Below are positions 1 through 9,291 of a stretch of 64,000 nt of DNA, piece after piece. This stretch comes from Spirochaetia bacterium (GTDB lineage: Bacteria > Spirochaetota > Spirochaetia > UBA9216), in the NCBI GenBank assembly GCA_963677925.2, contig CAXXYH010000004.1, forward strand, positions 2,556,488 to 2,620,487, written 5' to 3'. Under the pieces are notes generated by a model. That model was not told the origin of the DNA. It ran no database searches and saw only the letters and a list, made by a program, of their open reading frames with translations. Made by a program: the position numbers and the translations under genes. Position 1 is the first letter of the stretch. Every line of letters begins with the position of its first letter.

Positions 1-700
1 AGGCAACCATCAGTCCGCGCCTGTGAGCTTCATCACATATTGCAGCAATCTCGTCAACCGTCATATGGGGAGTCCCGGCTTCACCGATCTTCCGGGCATC
101 TGAAACACCGCCGGTACTTATCAGTTTTATTACATCAGAGCCGTGACTGTCGTTTATTCGCACTGCTTTACGGCCTTCCCAGGGTGAATCTGCTGTAAGC
201 GGGGTCAGCATCTCTCCATGTCCGCCCGAGGCGCATATAAGCTTTCCGGCGGTGAGAAGCCGCGGCCATGCTTCCTTTGATTTACTGATTGATTTTTTAA
301 CATCAATATCAAAGTAAAGCGGATCACCAAGGCTTCTAATAGTTGTGACGCCTGCGTTTACAGCATTTTTTATGTTCTTTTTTATAATACTTTCGGCAAG
401 CTTTCTGCCTGCGCCGGTTGCAAGGAATTTAAGCAGAAGCCTGGTATTTGAATTATCGCCAATGCTGGGCTTACCGCTTGCAATAAGATGGGCATGCGAA
501 TTTATCAGGCCGGGCATTATCCATCGCCCGTCAAGGTCATGGACCTCGCCAGCAGATACATCAGGAGCACTGCCTGTTTTATAGATCTTTTCAATATTTC
601 CGCTTTCTGAATCTATAAGAACTGCACCGCTGCGGATGATTTCATTTTCCGCTTTGCCGTTTATAATATTGCAGTTTGTCAGTAAATATTTTGTGCTCAT
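1..700 (-). CDS. Amidohydrolase family protein (Xaa-Pro dipeptidase-like), 3' end outside window
   Basis: Not in ORF track; manual translation from ATG at 700 (ATGA overlap with upstream stop): MSTKYLLTNCNII...DLDGRWIMPGLINSHAH...AGVTTIRSLG...SGGHG...DVIKLISTGGV...ICDEAHRRG. Confidence 0.85.
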   Translation of the reverse strand, partial: MSTKYLLTNCNIINGKAENEIIRSGAVLIDSESGNIEKIYKTGSAPDVSAGEVHDLDGRWIMPGLINSHAHLIASGKPSIGDNSNTRLLLKFLATGAGRKLAESIIKKNIKNAVNAGVTTIRSLGDPLYFDIDVKKSISKSKEAWPRLLTAGKLICASGGHGEMLTPLTADSPWEGRKAVRINDSHGSDVIKLISTGGVSDARKIGEAGTPHMTVDEIAAICDEAHRRGLMVA

Positions 701-1356
701 AGTTTTCCTTTTTTATAGAGTATCCTTGCCGCAAGTACTGAGAGAAGGGCATTCAGCGGAATCATTGCAGATGTCGGCACATCGGTGATAAGGAAAACCA
801 GGATAGTAATAACAAGCGGTGTTACCGACAGTTTCCAGTTTTTCATGATCCAGTATGCACCAAGAGCACCGAACAGAGCCGGCAGTACATTATCAAAGGC
901 CGGTTTCAATACAGGCTGATTCAGCACCGGTGAGAGAGGGACAATTAGAATAACTCCAAGAAGTATTATAACTGCAGAAACAATAGCTGTTGTAGCTACA
1001 GAAATTATTGAGATTATTTCAGCCTCATCTGAAGCCGGGTCTGTTTCGGTTATTTCAAGTGCCATTGCGGCCGCAGGTACTTTGAGATTGGAAAGATTAC
1101 CGGTTAGAAATCCCAGATAGGTTGCTCCGCTGCCCAGAATAGGCGCGTAGGTGAAGATTTCTGCAAAAGCCATTGGTATCATTATCAGTGAGAGGCTCAG
1201 GACCCCGGAAAGAACTTTCAGCAGGGGCGGAAAAATATTCCATCTAAGGCTGATTACAAGGGGTATACTCAGCAGAAGCAGTGCTCCTGTACCCATGGTT
1301 ATTCGTCCAAGAAGGTGTATTCTTTCATTGAAATCTGTTTTCAAAGTACTGTTCAT
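697..1356 (-). CDS. Multi-pass membrane protein, partner of DUF5058 (putative transporter subunit)
   Basis: About 6-7 hydrophobic helices; YLGFLTGNLSNLKVP motif; ATGA-coupled on both sides. Confidence 0.7.
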   Translation of the reverse strand: MNSTLKTDFNERIHLLGRITMGTGALLLLSIPLVISLRWNIFPPLLKVLSGVLSLSLIMIPMAFAEIFTYAPILGSGATYLGFLTGNLSNLKVPAAAMALEITETDPASDEAEIISIISVATTAIVSAVIILLGVILIVPLSPVLNQPVLKPAFDNVLPALFGALGAYWIMKNWKLSVTPLVITILVFLITDVPTSAMIPLNALLSVLAARILYKKGKL

Positions 1357-2081
1357 GAAAGACCTCCCTGAAAAATTGCCGAAAAAAGCGCAGCTGCGGC
1401 CATTGCTCCAACCATGCTGATGGAAAGGGAAAACTCCTTCAGCCAGGTAACTTTAAATTTTTTCTCAATGAAGGTTGATAAAAGCATAAGCACAGCACCC
1501 GTTAGAAGCGTGACCAGCTGTATACCTCCTCGGGTTATAGGTGGACCTATAAAAACTGCCAGCAGTCCCATATAGGCTGCCATAATGAGAGCCTGCATCC
1601 AGCTGGAATCCTTTGTTTTAACCCTGTCAAAACCGGATGATATTCTTTTAAGAAAAAATACGATGATTACCGGTGCGGAGATGGTCCCCAGTGTCATAAT
1701 CCAGGCCGAGCTGGAAAATACTTCGGCGGTATATCCGTCTCCGCCCAAACCGTTTATTCCCATCACTTCGGCACCCATTCCTGCCGCCATCAGTTCATAT
1801 GAAGCCGAACCGAGTACCGACAGCCGTATCCATGGAAAGGGGATACCAAGAACCGGGGCCATTGCAATCAGTGAAATCACGATTGGAATTGAAGGAACTA
1901 CAGCAAGAACTGCACTCGATTTGACAGCCTTGAGCATTCTGCTTCGTTCAATTCCCCGGCGCTTGCCCTCCTTCCAGGCGGTTGCCAGAAAAATAATCGA
2001 CTGTGCAGTTATAAAAATAAAAACTGCACCGGCAATGATGAAAAGCAGAGGGCTGTTTGCAACTGAGAGGTAGTCTTTCAT
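1353..2081 (-). CDS. DUF5058 family membrane protein
   Basis: Polytopic; PWIRLSVLGSASYE motif; SD AGGAG upstream. Confidence 0.75.
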   Translation of the reverse strand: MKDYLSVANSPLLFIIAGAVFIFITAQSIIFLATAWKEGKRRGIERSRMLKAVKSSAVLAVVPSIPIVISLIAMAPVLGIPFPWIRLSVLGSASYELMAAGMGAEVMGINGLGGDGYTAEVFSSSAWIMTLGTISAPVIIVFFLKRISSGFDRVKTKDSSWMQALIMAAYMGLLAVFIGPPITRGGIQLVTLLTGAVLMLLSTFIEKKFKVTWLKEFSLSISMVGAMAAAALFSAIFQGGLS

Positions 2082-2090
2082 ACTTTCTCC

Positions 2091-3089
2091 TTAAATCTGA
2101 TCTGAAAGGGTAGCTATTCTGAATTCCTCAAGGTTCTCCTCCCGGCCGAACACAATTAAAGTGTCATGTTCAGAGAGACGGGTATCTGCAAGATTTGATG
2201 TATAAATCTGACCGCTGCGTTTTATACCCATTACGCTTATTTCGAATTTACTTCGAATATCCGCTTCCTTGAGACTCTTTCCAAGAAGCTTCGAAGTTCC
2301 AGAGAGGAACACTTCTTCAACTTTGAAACTTTCATTAGTCGAGGTAAGCATATTATCCATATAATCAAGGGCTGCGGGTTTCAGAACAGACAGTGCCATT
2401 CTAGTTCCGCCTATTCGTTCGGGATTGATAACCCGGTCTGCTCCCGCCTTGCGCAGTTTTGATTCACTCTCCGCCTTTTCTGCACTTGACGTGATATTAA
2501 GCGCAGAGTTCATCTCCCTTGCGGTGAGAATAATCAGTACATTCTCGGCATCGTTTTTAGTTGTAATAAGTCCGCCTGCCTTATCTATTCCGGCACGGGT
2601 AAGCACTTCTTCCTCGCACGGGTCTCCGGCCACAACTTTAAACTTATCCATATAGGGTTCAAGTTTGGGTTCATCGCTGTCTACAAGGACAAAATCCTGC
2701 TTTTCCTGAACCATCTTTTCTATTATGGTCGGGGTCATTGAGCCGACACCGCAGACTATTATATGTCTGTTAAGTCTTTTTATTTTCTTTTCCATTCTTC
2801 TGCTCCGCTTGTACGGTGAGATGTTGAATTCGACAATTATTCCGATTATCTGGCCCATAAGGTAGGTAAACATTATGATGCATACCGGGACAAGGAACAT
2901 TGCAAAGATTTTTCCTGCTTCGGTTGTTGGAATTACATCGCCGAAACCGATTGTAAGCACTGTAGTAACAGTCATCCAGAGTGCATCAAAATAATTAATA
3001 TCTTCAAAAACTGAGAAACCTATTACAGATGATATTAACAGCAGCACAAGAACGACAGAGGGTATTACGGTTTTAAGATATTGATTCAC
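2091..3089 (-). CDS. Potassium channel with RCK (TrkA-N/TrkA-C) domains
   Basis: 2TM pore with TTVLTIGFGD selectivity filter, HIIVCGVG Rossmann motif, GADRVINPE, C-terminal TrkA-C. Confidence 0.9.
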   Translation of the reverse strand: MNQYLKTVIPSVVLVLLLISSVIGFSVFEDINYFDALWMTVTTVLTIGFGDVIPTTEAGKIFAMFLVPVCIIMFTYLMGQIIGIIVEFNISPYKRSRRMEKKIKRLNRHIIVCGVGSMTPTIIEKMVQEKQDFVLVDSDEPKLEPYMDKFKVVAGDPCEEEVLTRAGIDKAGGLITTKNDAENVLIILTAREMNSALNITSSAEKAESESKLRKAGADRVINPERIGGTRMALSVLKPAALDYMDNMLTSTNESFKVEEVFLSGTSKLLGKSLKEADIRSKFEISVMGIKRSGQIYTSNLADTRLSEHDTLIVFGREENLEEFRIATLSDQI

Positions 3090-3136
3090 ATCCGATATTT
3101 TATTTTAAAGAGACGGTCTGTACAACATTTTTCTAT

Positions 3137-3173
3137 AAAAAAAGAGCCGACAGGGTATAAACTCAGTCGGCTC
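3137..3173 (-). terminator. Intrinsic terminator of the Gld-like ABC operon
   Basis: GAGCCGAC...GTCGGCTC stem followed by T7 on minus strand. Confidence 0.75.
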
Positions 3174-3194
3174 ATTGAAATTTATGAGTAAGAT

Positions 3195-4094
3195 CTATTC
3201 TTCAGAAAATTCCATTCCGAATCCCTTTAGAATTGATTCACCGGAATAAGCTGAAATAATGAAGCTGTATCCGCGTATTGAACTCCATGCAGGATACCCG
3301 TCTTCAGTTGCAGGCCATATCTGCAGGCTGATATCTTCATCGCCGGTAGAAAGACCGACAGTCCATTCAGGCTCTCCTGCCGGTTTTTCGGAAAGATACT
3401 TAGTAGATCTCAAAGATGTCAGGGTGGTTTCAGCCTTCGCAATCAGATCTGCATCAGGCTGGACTTCCGCCGAATCTTCTGTCCAGAGCTCGTTTTCATC
3501 CTTATACAGAATCCTGGTTGCTCCGCCGGAAGTAAATGTCATTTTCTGAAGATCTGATTTCTGCACCTTGATGATCTGCTTTTCCCTCATATCTTCCTTG
3601 CCTGAACCAACGCTTGAGGGCAGGCTTCCCCGGATTGAATATACGTTGCCGTCTCCGGGAAACATAATATATGTATAAACGCCGGAACTTGAAACCTTTC
3701 CAACATACAATTCGCGAACCATCTCATCTCCGCTGTAGGCTTTTACAGTGAATCGTTTGTCTTCGCTGAGATCGTAAAGCGCCGGATTGCCGGATGACGA
3801 AATAAGATCGACAACTTTTATCTCGGTAAGGCTGTTGAGGATTGTATTTACTGTTGATGCATTGGCAAGCCAGTTTTCAGGCTGGATATACCAGTCATCT
3901 CCGTCTTTTTCGAAGATATAGCTGGCTTCCTGTCCGTCAATTGTGAGACTGCTAACGCTGTCCTTATCTATAATGTCTATTTCGGGAAGCTTGTAGTTAA
4001 TATTTCCGCTGCTTCTGAAAATTATATATGCAAGAAGCACGAGCGCAATTACTGCAAGGATGATAAATTCTCGGTATGTTTTAAGCTTATTCAT
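3195..4094 (-). CDS. DUF4340 domain protein
   Basis: N-terminal TM then two repeated beta domains; usual position after GldG; start re-assigned to ATG 4094 behind SD GGAGG. Confidence 0.75.
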   Translation of the reverse strand: MNKLKTYREFIILAVIALVLLAYIIFRSSGNINYKLPEIDIIDKDSVSSLTIDGQEASYIFEKDGDDWYIQPENWLANASTVNTILNSLTEIKVVDLISSSGNPALYDLSEDKRFTVKAYSGDEMVRELYVGKVSSSGVYTYIMFPGDGNVYSIRGSLPSSVGSGKEDMREKQIIKVQKSDLQKMTFTSGGATRILYKDENELWTEDSAEVQPDADLIAKAETTLTSLRSTKYLSEKPAGEPEWTVGLSTGDEDISLQIWPATEDGYPAWSSIRGYSFIISAYSGESILKGFGMEFSEE

Positions 4095-6225
4095 TGTCGT
4101 CCTCCCTGAACATGGCGGCAATCTTCTTCTGTCTTGACAGCCACCTGAACCAGATAATTATTCCTGCAAGTATAACCAGTACGGGTATTATTACCATGTT
4201 GAAGGTCTTGATGAAAGTTTTTACTGCCGGAGTTGTTTCATCCAGCGGGCTGTAGTTAAGGCCCTTTCCGCGCATTACTGCATAATCGCCCTTACCGAGC
4301 ATCTCATCTACTATGTTGAAAACCATCACTGCATTAGGAGAAGCTCCCTGCTCATCAATAATATTGTCGGTTACAGCCATAGTTGATCCAAAGACGAAGA
4401 GCTTTCCGTGGTCCGTACTTTTAACAATTGAATCAGCCCTGCTCATCCGGTCGGCTGCAATAAGGTACTCTTCAGTGTCTGCCTCATCGCCTTCTTCAGG
4501 TTCAGGCATCTGCGGAATATCCTTATCGGCGTAATAACTTGTAAACTCACCGCTGAGCATACAGGCCAGCGGATAGCTTGACCTTGAATCTGCTCCTGCA
4601 GGAGGTGACATCATCATCGGGTTATAAAGATTTATATTCTGCGGATCATCCATCAGCCATGCGTCATCGGAAGAAGAAAAGAGAATTTCAGCCTCTGTTC
4701 CTTCAGGGAGATCCTCTGAAATTTTTACCGGTGAGCTGTTAAGCATGATCAATCCGTTTATGCCCTTCATGAAAGGCAGTTCAGTGTTGATCTTGTTCTG
4801 TGGTATTTCGGGTGCAAAATAAATCGGCACCTCTGTTATCCCGTTCTGCCCCTGCTGCCGCTGAACAAAACAGTTTTCATCCAGTACATATGAAGGCTCG
4901 ATTGTTACACCGTAATGTTCTATCAGCTTTTCAAGTCCGGTATTCCGGGGTATGTAGATTGGCGGCTGCTGCTGGTAGGGGTTATCGCTCTGCTGGTAGT
5001 ACTCCATGTATGAATCCATGAATACCGCAACGGAGCCTCCGTTCATGAGGTACTGGTCAATCTGGTACAGCTCCCAGTCGGTGAAGGGCTGGTATGGCTG
5101 CGGTCTTACAATAATAAGTGCACCTGCATCGTTCGGAATCATCTGTGATGAAAGGCTTACAGGATTAATGCTGTAGCGCTGTGAAAGATTTGAGGCAAAT
5201 GCCTGTGCAGTAGGATCGCTTGTCTGCTGCTGGCTGTATGAATATGGCTGAATAGCACCATGATCTGCGAGCCAGGCAATTGATGAACCAACACCAATCA
5301 GTTTTTCAACCACTCCGTTAAGGCTGTCTTCCAGATCCGCCGGGTTCTGAACGGAATAACCGAAGAGTGAGCGTGAAAGTGCGTCAAAAGTCCGGTACTT
5401 ATCCTTGTATTCGATGACACCGCTTGCATACAGGTTGCTTGTGTTTCCGTTGTTATCCTTCAGCTGAAAGGGCTGTATGCCGTACTTCTCGGCAAGCTCG
5501 CTTCCGTTTCCTTCCTTGTCAGGATCTATCCAGTCAAAACTGATGCGGTTATAGTTAATTTTATTGAGTGAATCCACTGTTTCTGAAAGTGCTTCGGGAT
5601 ACTTCATAAGGTCTTCAGACATATTCAGTATTCCTGAGGACAGGTAAAGTTTAACTTTGATATCTTCATCAAGGCTAAGAAGTCTGCTGGTCTTTTCCTG
5701 CATCTTCATTACTGTTGATGTAATCTGATATTCAAGGTTTTCATTGGGTTCGATTGCAGGGATGGTTTCTATCATATCAGCATGAATAAAAACTATTCCC
5801 CGGTATGCAGAGACTATTTTCAGTTCGCTTTCTTCAAGCTTTTGAATCTGTACAGGATTAATCCCGTAACCCTTTGCATCTTTTTCAATCTCTGAACTGT
5901 CTGCTGAATTATCTTCGTCTAGATTCTTTATCGTGTAAACATCGTAGTTGAAGTTCCTGTTGCCGTTGATTGAGTACTCTTCAAGGATATCGCTTAGATC
6001 CTGCTGAATATTGTTGTACGGATAGGGAAGGTCCTCGCTGATGTAAACCTTTATAGTGAGAGGCTCTTCAAGTTCCTGAACCATGTTTTTGCTGGTTTCA
6101 GAAAGTGAATAATTCCGTCCTTCGGTCAGATCAATTCTGAAGAAGATTGTCTGAAAAGCCACATTAACCAGAATAACTACGAGCGCGTAAAGCGCAAATC
6201 TTAAAAGCTCTTTTTTTCTGTTCAT
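4087..6225 (-). CDS. GldG-family ABC transporter auxiliary component
   Basis: RIDLTEGRNYSLS, LEYQITS, AWLADHG, IDQYLMNGG motifs; N- and C-terminal TM helices. Confidence 0.85.
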   Translation of the reverse strand: MNRKKELLRFALYALVVILVNVAFQTIFFRIDLTEGRNYSLSETSKNMVQELEEPLTIKVYISEDLPYPYNNIQQDLSDILEEYSINGNRNFNYDVYTIKNLDEDNSADSSEIEKDAKGYGINPVQIQKLEESELKIVSAYRGIVFIHADMIETIPAIEPNENLEYQITSTVMKMQEKTSRLLSLDEDIKVKLYLSSGILNMSEDLMKYPEALSETVDSLNKINYNRISFDWIDPDKEGNGSELAEKYGIQPFQLKDNNGNTSNLYASGVIEYKDKYRTFDALSRSLFGYSVQNPADLEDSLNGVVEKLIGVGSSIAWLADHGAIQPYSYSQQQTSDPTAQAFASNLSQRYSINPVSLSSQMIPNDAGALIIVRPQPYQPFTDWELYQIDQYLMNGGSVAVFMDSYMEYYQQSDNPYQQQPPIYIPRNTGLEKLIEHYGVTIEPSYVLDENCFVQRQQGQNGITEVPIYFAPEIPQNKINTELPFMKGINGLIMLNSSPVKISEDLPEGTEAEILFSSSDDAWLMDDPQNINLYNPMMMSPPAGADSRSSYPLACMLSGEFTSYYADKDIPQMPEPEEGDEADTEEYLIAADRMSRADSIVKSTDHGKLFVFGSTMAVTDNIIDEQGASPNAVMVFNIVDEMLGKGDYAVMRGKGLNYSPLDETTPAVKTFIKTFNMVIIPVLVILAGIIIWFRWLSRQKKIAAMFREDDNE

Positions 6226-6234
6226 AGTATTCTC

Positions 6235-6945
6235 CTATCTCTTTTCCCGGTTAAGCAGCCAGGAACCGTAGAGCGCAAGGAATATTACAGATACAAAGTA
6301 GATAAGGTCTCTTGAGTCTATGATTCCTTTGGATATGTTTGAAAAATGGTAGGCAGTTCCGGCAAGTGAGAGCACTTTGCCGAGTCCGGCCGGTATAAGC
6401 CATATCAGCTGATCGATAAGCGAAAGGAAGATACAGACCGCTGCGCTTATGATAAAAGCCACTATCTGGTTTCTTGTTGTCGATGAAGCCAGTATGCCGA
6501 TCGAGGCATAAGCTCCGGCCATCAGTACTGAGCCGATGTATCCGCCGATTACCGGTCCCATATCAACATTTCCTACAAGGCTTACCGAAACCGCATACAA
6601 CAGCGTTGGTGCAATCATTATCATTATGAATACCAGAGCGGACAGGAACTTGCCGCCTACTATATCACCGCCTGTGACCGGCTGGGTCTTAAGCATCTCG
6701 AAGGAGCCTGTACTGTATTCTTCAGAGAAGAGCCTCATTGTAATCGCCGGAATGGTAAAAGAAAAAAGAATGGGCATCATGCTGAAGAAACTTCTCAGAT
6801 CTGCACGTCCTGCAAGAAAGAAGGTTGAGAAGAAAAACCAGCCTGTGAGTGCCAGATAGATTGTCATAACTATATAAGCTGCCGGTGAAAGAAGAAATGA
6901 CTTGAGTTCCCGTCTGAAAATAGTATTTATTGATTTAGCTTTCAT
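6235..6945 (-). CDS. GldF-like ABC-2 permease
   Basis: IFRRELKSF, PAITMRLFSEE...GSFEML, KGIIDSRDLIYF. Confidence 0.9.
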   Translation of the reverse strand: MKAKSINTIFRRELKSFLLSPAAYIVMTIYLALTGWFFFSTFFLAGRADLRSFFSMMPILFSFTIPAITMRLFSEEYSTGSFEMLKTQPVTGGDIVGGKFLSALVFIMIMIAPTLLYAVSVSLVGNVDMGPVIGGYIGSVLMAGAYASIGILASSTTRNQIVAFIISAAVCIFLSLIDQLIWLIPAGLGKVLSLAGTAYHFSNISKGIIDSRDLIYFVSVIFLALYGSWLLNREKR

Positions 6946-7877
6946 ACATTCTGCTCCCGGGTAAGTTCTCTGAAGATATTCTCAAGAGTCTGTTTCTGCT
7001 GAACCATTTCCAGCAGTACAAGATCAGAATCCTTAATCCGGCCGTATACGGCTTCTCGCTGGTCGCCGCTGCAGGCAAGCTTTACTGTAACTGAATCACT
7101 CGCGGAAACGGTATCATTTATTGAATACAGCTCGGAACCGCTGAAAAGCTTATTAAGGGCTCCGGCCTTGTCGCTGCCTTTTACGGTGAGTTCTATAACC
7201 TGCCGGTTCTTTTCGCCGCTTTTCAGCATCTCTACCGGACCGTCTGCAGCAACATTTCCCTTATTGATGATAACAACACGGCTGCATGCGGCTTCAGCTT
7301 CACTGAGTATGTGAGTAGAAAAGATAATAGTTTTTTCTTTTCCGATATCCTTGATAATTGATCTGATTTCAACGATCTGGTTCGGGTCCAGTCCGGATGT
7401 GGGTTCATCCAGTACAAGAATTTCCGGATCATCCATAAGGGCATGGGCAAGTCCGACTCTTTGTTTATATCCCTTTGAAAGAGTCCGTATGGGTTTGTGC
7501 ATTACATCACCTATTCCGCAAAGCCCTGCAAGTTCGCGGATTCTCTTCTTTTTCATGTCCTTATCAAGCCCGCGGAGATCGGAAGAATAATTAAGATAGT
7601 CAAAAACAAGCATGTCCGGATAAAGCGGAGCGGATTCCGGAAGATACCCGATAAGTTTCTTTACCTCGACAGGGTTTTCTGTAACATCAATTCCATTAAC
7701 TTTTATTGTTCCGGAGGTCGGTTGCAGATATCCTGTGAGGATTCTTAAAGTTGTACTTTTGCCGGCACCGTTGGGACCTAGCAGCCCCAGGACCTGGCCT
7801 GACGGTATTTCAAAGTTGATGCCGTTAACAGCTCTGGTCTGGCCGTACTCCTTTACAAGATTTTCAATACTAATCAT
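6942..7877 (-). CDS. GldA-like ABC transporter ATP-binding protein
   Basis: Walker A GPNGAGKST, LSKGYKQRVGLA, LDEPTSGLDPNQ. Confidence 0.92.
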   Translation of the reverse strand: MISIENLVKEYGQTRAVNGINFEIPSGQVLGLLGPNGAGKSTTLRILTGYLQPTSGTIKVNGIDVTENPVEVKKLIGYLPESAPLYPDMLVFDYLNYSSDLRGLDKDMKKKRIRELAGLCGIGDVMHKPIRTLSKGYKQRVGLAHALMDDPEILVLDEPTSGLDPNQIVEIRSIIKDIGKEKTIIFSTHILSEAEAACSRVVIINKGNVAADGPVEMLKSGEKNRQVIELTVKGSDKAGALNKLFSGSELYSINDTVSASDSVTVKLACSGDQREAVYGRIKDSDLVLLEMVQQKQTLENIFRELTREQNV

Positions 7878-8006
7878 AGTCAGCCTCTTGAAAGTTGGTA
7901 TTTATTTTATTGAATCATTAAAAAATTACTTATGATTATGGCTTTGATCAAGGGCGGATTTGAAAAAAGGCTTCAGATGTACATTACAATTTTGTAATGT
8001 TGAAGT

Positions 8007-9167
8007 TTATCGGGTGATTTCTTCAATAATATCATCGAGCATCGGCGCCCGTCTGGTCCATGCATAGGATGCCCCAGTTTCTGTCAGCTGACTCAGCAGC
8101 TTTACGGTTTTTTCTGAGATTTCCCCGGAATGATATTCTATCAGAAGGCTAATCAGTTTTTCAGTAAGTTCATCCTCATTTTTATAAAGCACTTCTTTGT
8201 GCAGATTAGGCGGAATGAGTTCCGGGTAGCTTAACCTTTTTGGAAGCAGCGGAAAGCAGCCGTACCTCACGGCCTCAATAATGGAAATTCCGAAGTTTTC
8301 CTGAATGGATGTGCTTACAGCTATGTCGGATTCACTCACCCGTCGGAAATATTCCTCCTTCGATTCGGCAAAACCGAACTGCAGAATCCGCTGCCCGTAG
8401 AATTCCCTTGCCTCATTGAAAGCCTTCGGCTGAGCCTGGAAGTTTTCCCCCATTATTATAAGGTTAAACGGATTCTTATATTCCAGTTTTTTAAGGGCGG
8501 TATCGGCTTTTTTCAGGGCTGCAAAGAATACCTCCGGGCACTTGTCAAACTCCCATCGGTGGTTCCAGAGTATAGAAGGAATCTTTTTTTCAGCGGGAGA
8601 TAAGGCTCCAGCTGCTGCTGCCTCTGATTGCTGTATGGCTTTGTCTTCAGGAAAGCTGCAGCCGGGGTAGGCGACCCGTGATTTCTGTCTAATCAGATCC
8701 ACGACCCAGAGAGGTTTATATTCAGGCATTTTTCTTATAAAAGGAGTCAGTCCATCGACAAAGCTGTTCATGTGAAAATTGGAATTGAATATCAGACAAT
8801 CAGCAGCAAGGGCTGTTGTGATATCGGTGAATCCGAACTGGTAATCCATCTTTTCACCCTCGGGAAGGGGATAGGAAAGCTGGTTCTCGTGAAAGTAAAC
8901 GGCAGTCGGCGGGCATCTGTTTCCCCACATCATCTTAAGATCCGAAAGGCTCATCATATCCGAGGTTAGAAGCAGGTCGTAAGCTTCCGGAGTCTCAACA
9001 CTATGGGCAAAATGAAGAGCAGCTCCACGCATCCGCCATTTCCAGTATCTGGAGGGCAGGGTGACCAGCTCAATATCGTGCCTGCTGCATTTTATATATC
9101 CGTCCGTAAAGTCCTTGTGCGAGCCTCCGTAAAAAGGTTCAATAAATAAAATTTTCAGTTTACCCAT
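8007..9167 (-). CDS. DUF3524 / GT-B glycosyltransferase, GTDC1 (tRNA-queuosine alpha-mannosyltransferase)-like
   Basis: IEPFYGGSHK, WKWRMRG, YFHENQLSYP, WNHRWEFDK, ENFGISIIEA; start re-assigned to ATG 9167. Confidence 0.85.
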   Translation of the reverse strand: MGKLKILFIEPFYGGSHKDFTDGYIKCSRHDIELVTLPSRYWKWRMRGAALHFAHSVETPEAYDLLLTSDMMSLSDLKMMWGNRCPPTAVYFHENQLSYPLPEGEKMDYQFGFTDITTALAADCLIFNSNFHMNSFVDGLTPFIRKMPEYKPLWVVDLIRQKSRVAYPGCSFPEDKAIQQSEAAAAGALSPAEKKIPSILWNHRWEFDKCPEVFFAALKKADTALKKLEYKNPFNLIIMGENFQAQPKAFNEAREFYGQRILQFGFAESKEEYFRRVSESDIAVSTSIQENFGISIIEAVRYGCFPLLPKRLSYPELIPPNLHKEVLYKNEDELTEKLISLLIEYHSGEISEKTVKLLSQLTETGASYAWTRRAPMLDDIIEEITR

Positions 9168-9291
9168 GTCCAGATATGATATATTTAAAAGCGTTATGAT
9201 CAAGTGATCTGCAGAGAATATTTTCAGAACTGAAACATTGTTGAAGCTGTCTGTTCTCTTCTTTATAATGAATAAGTAAGGAGATTAAATT

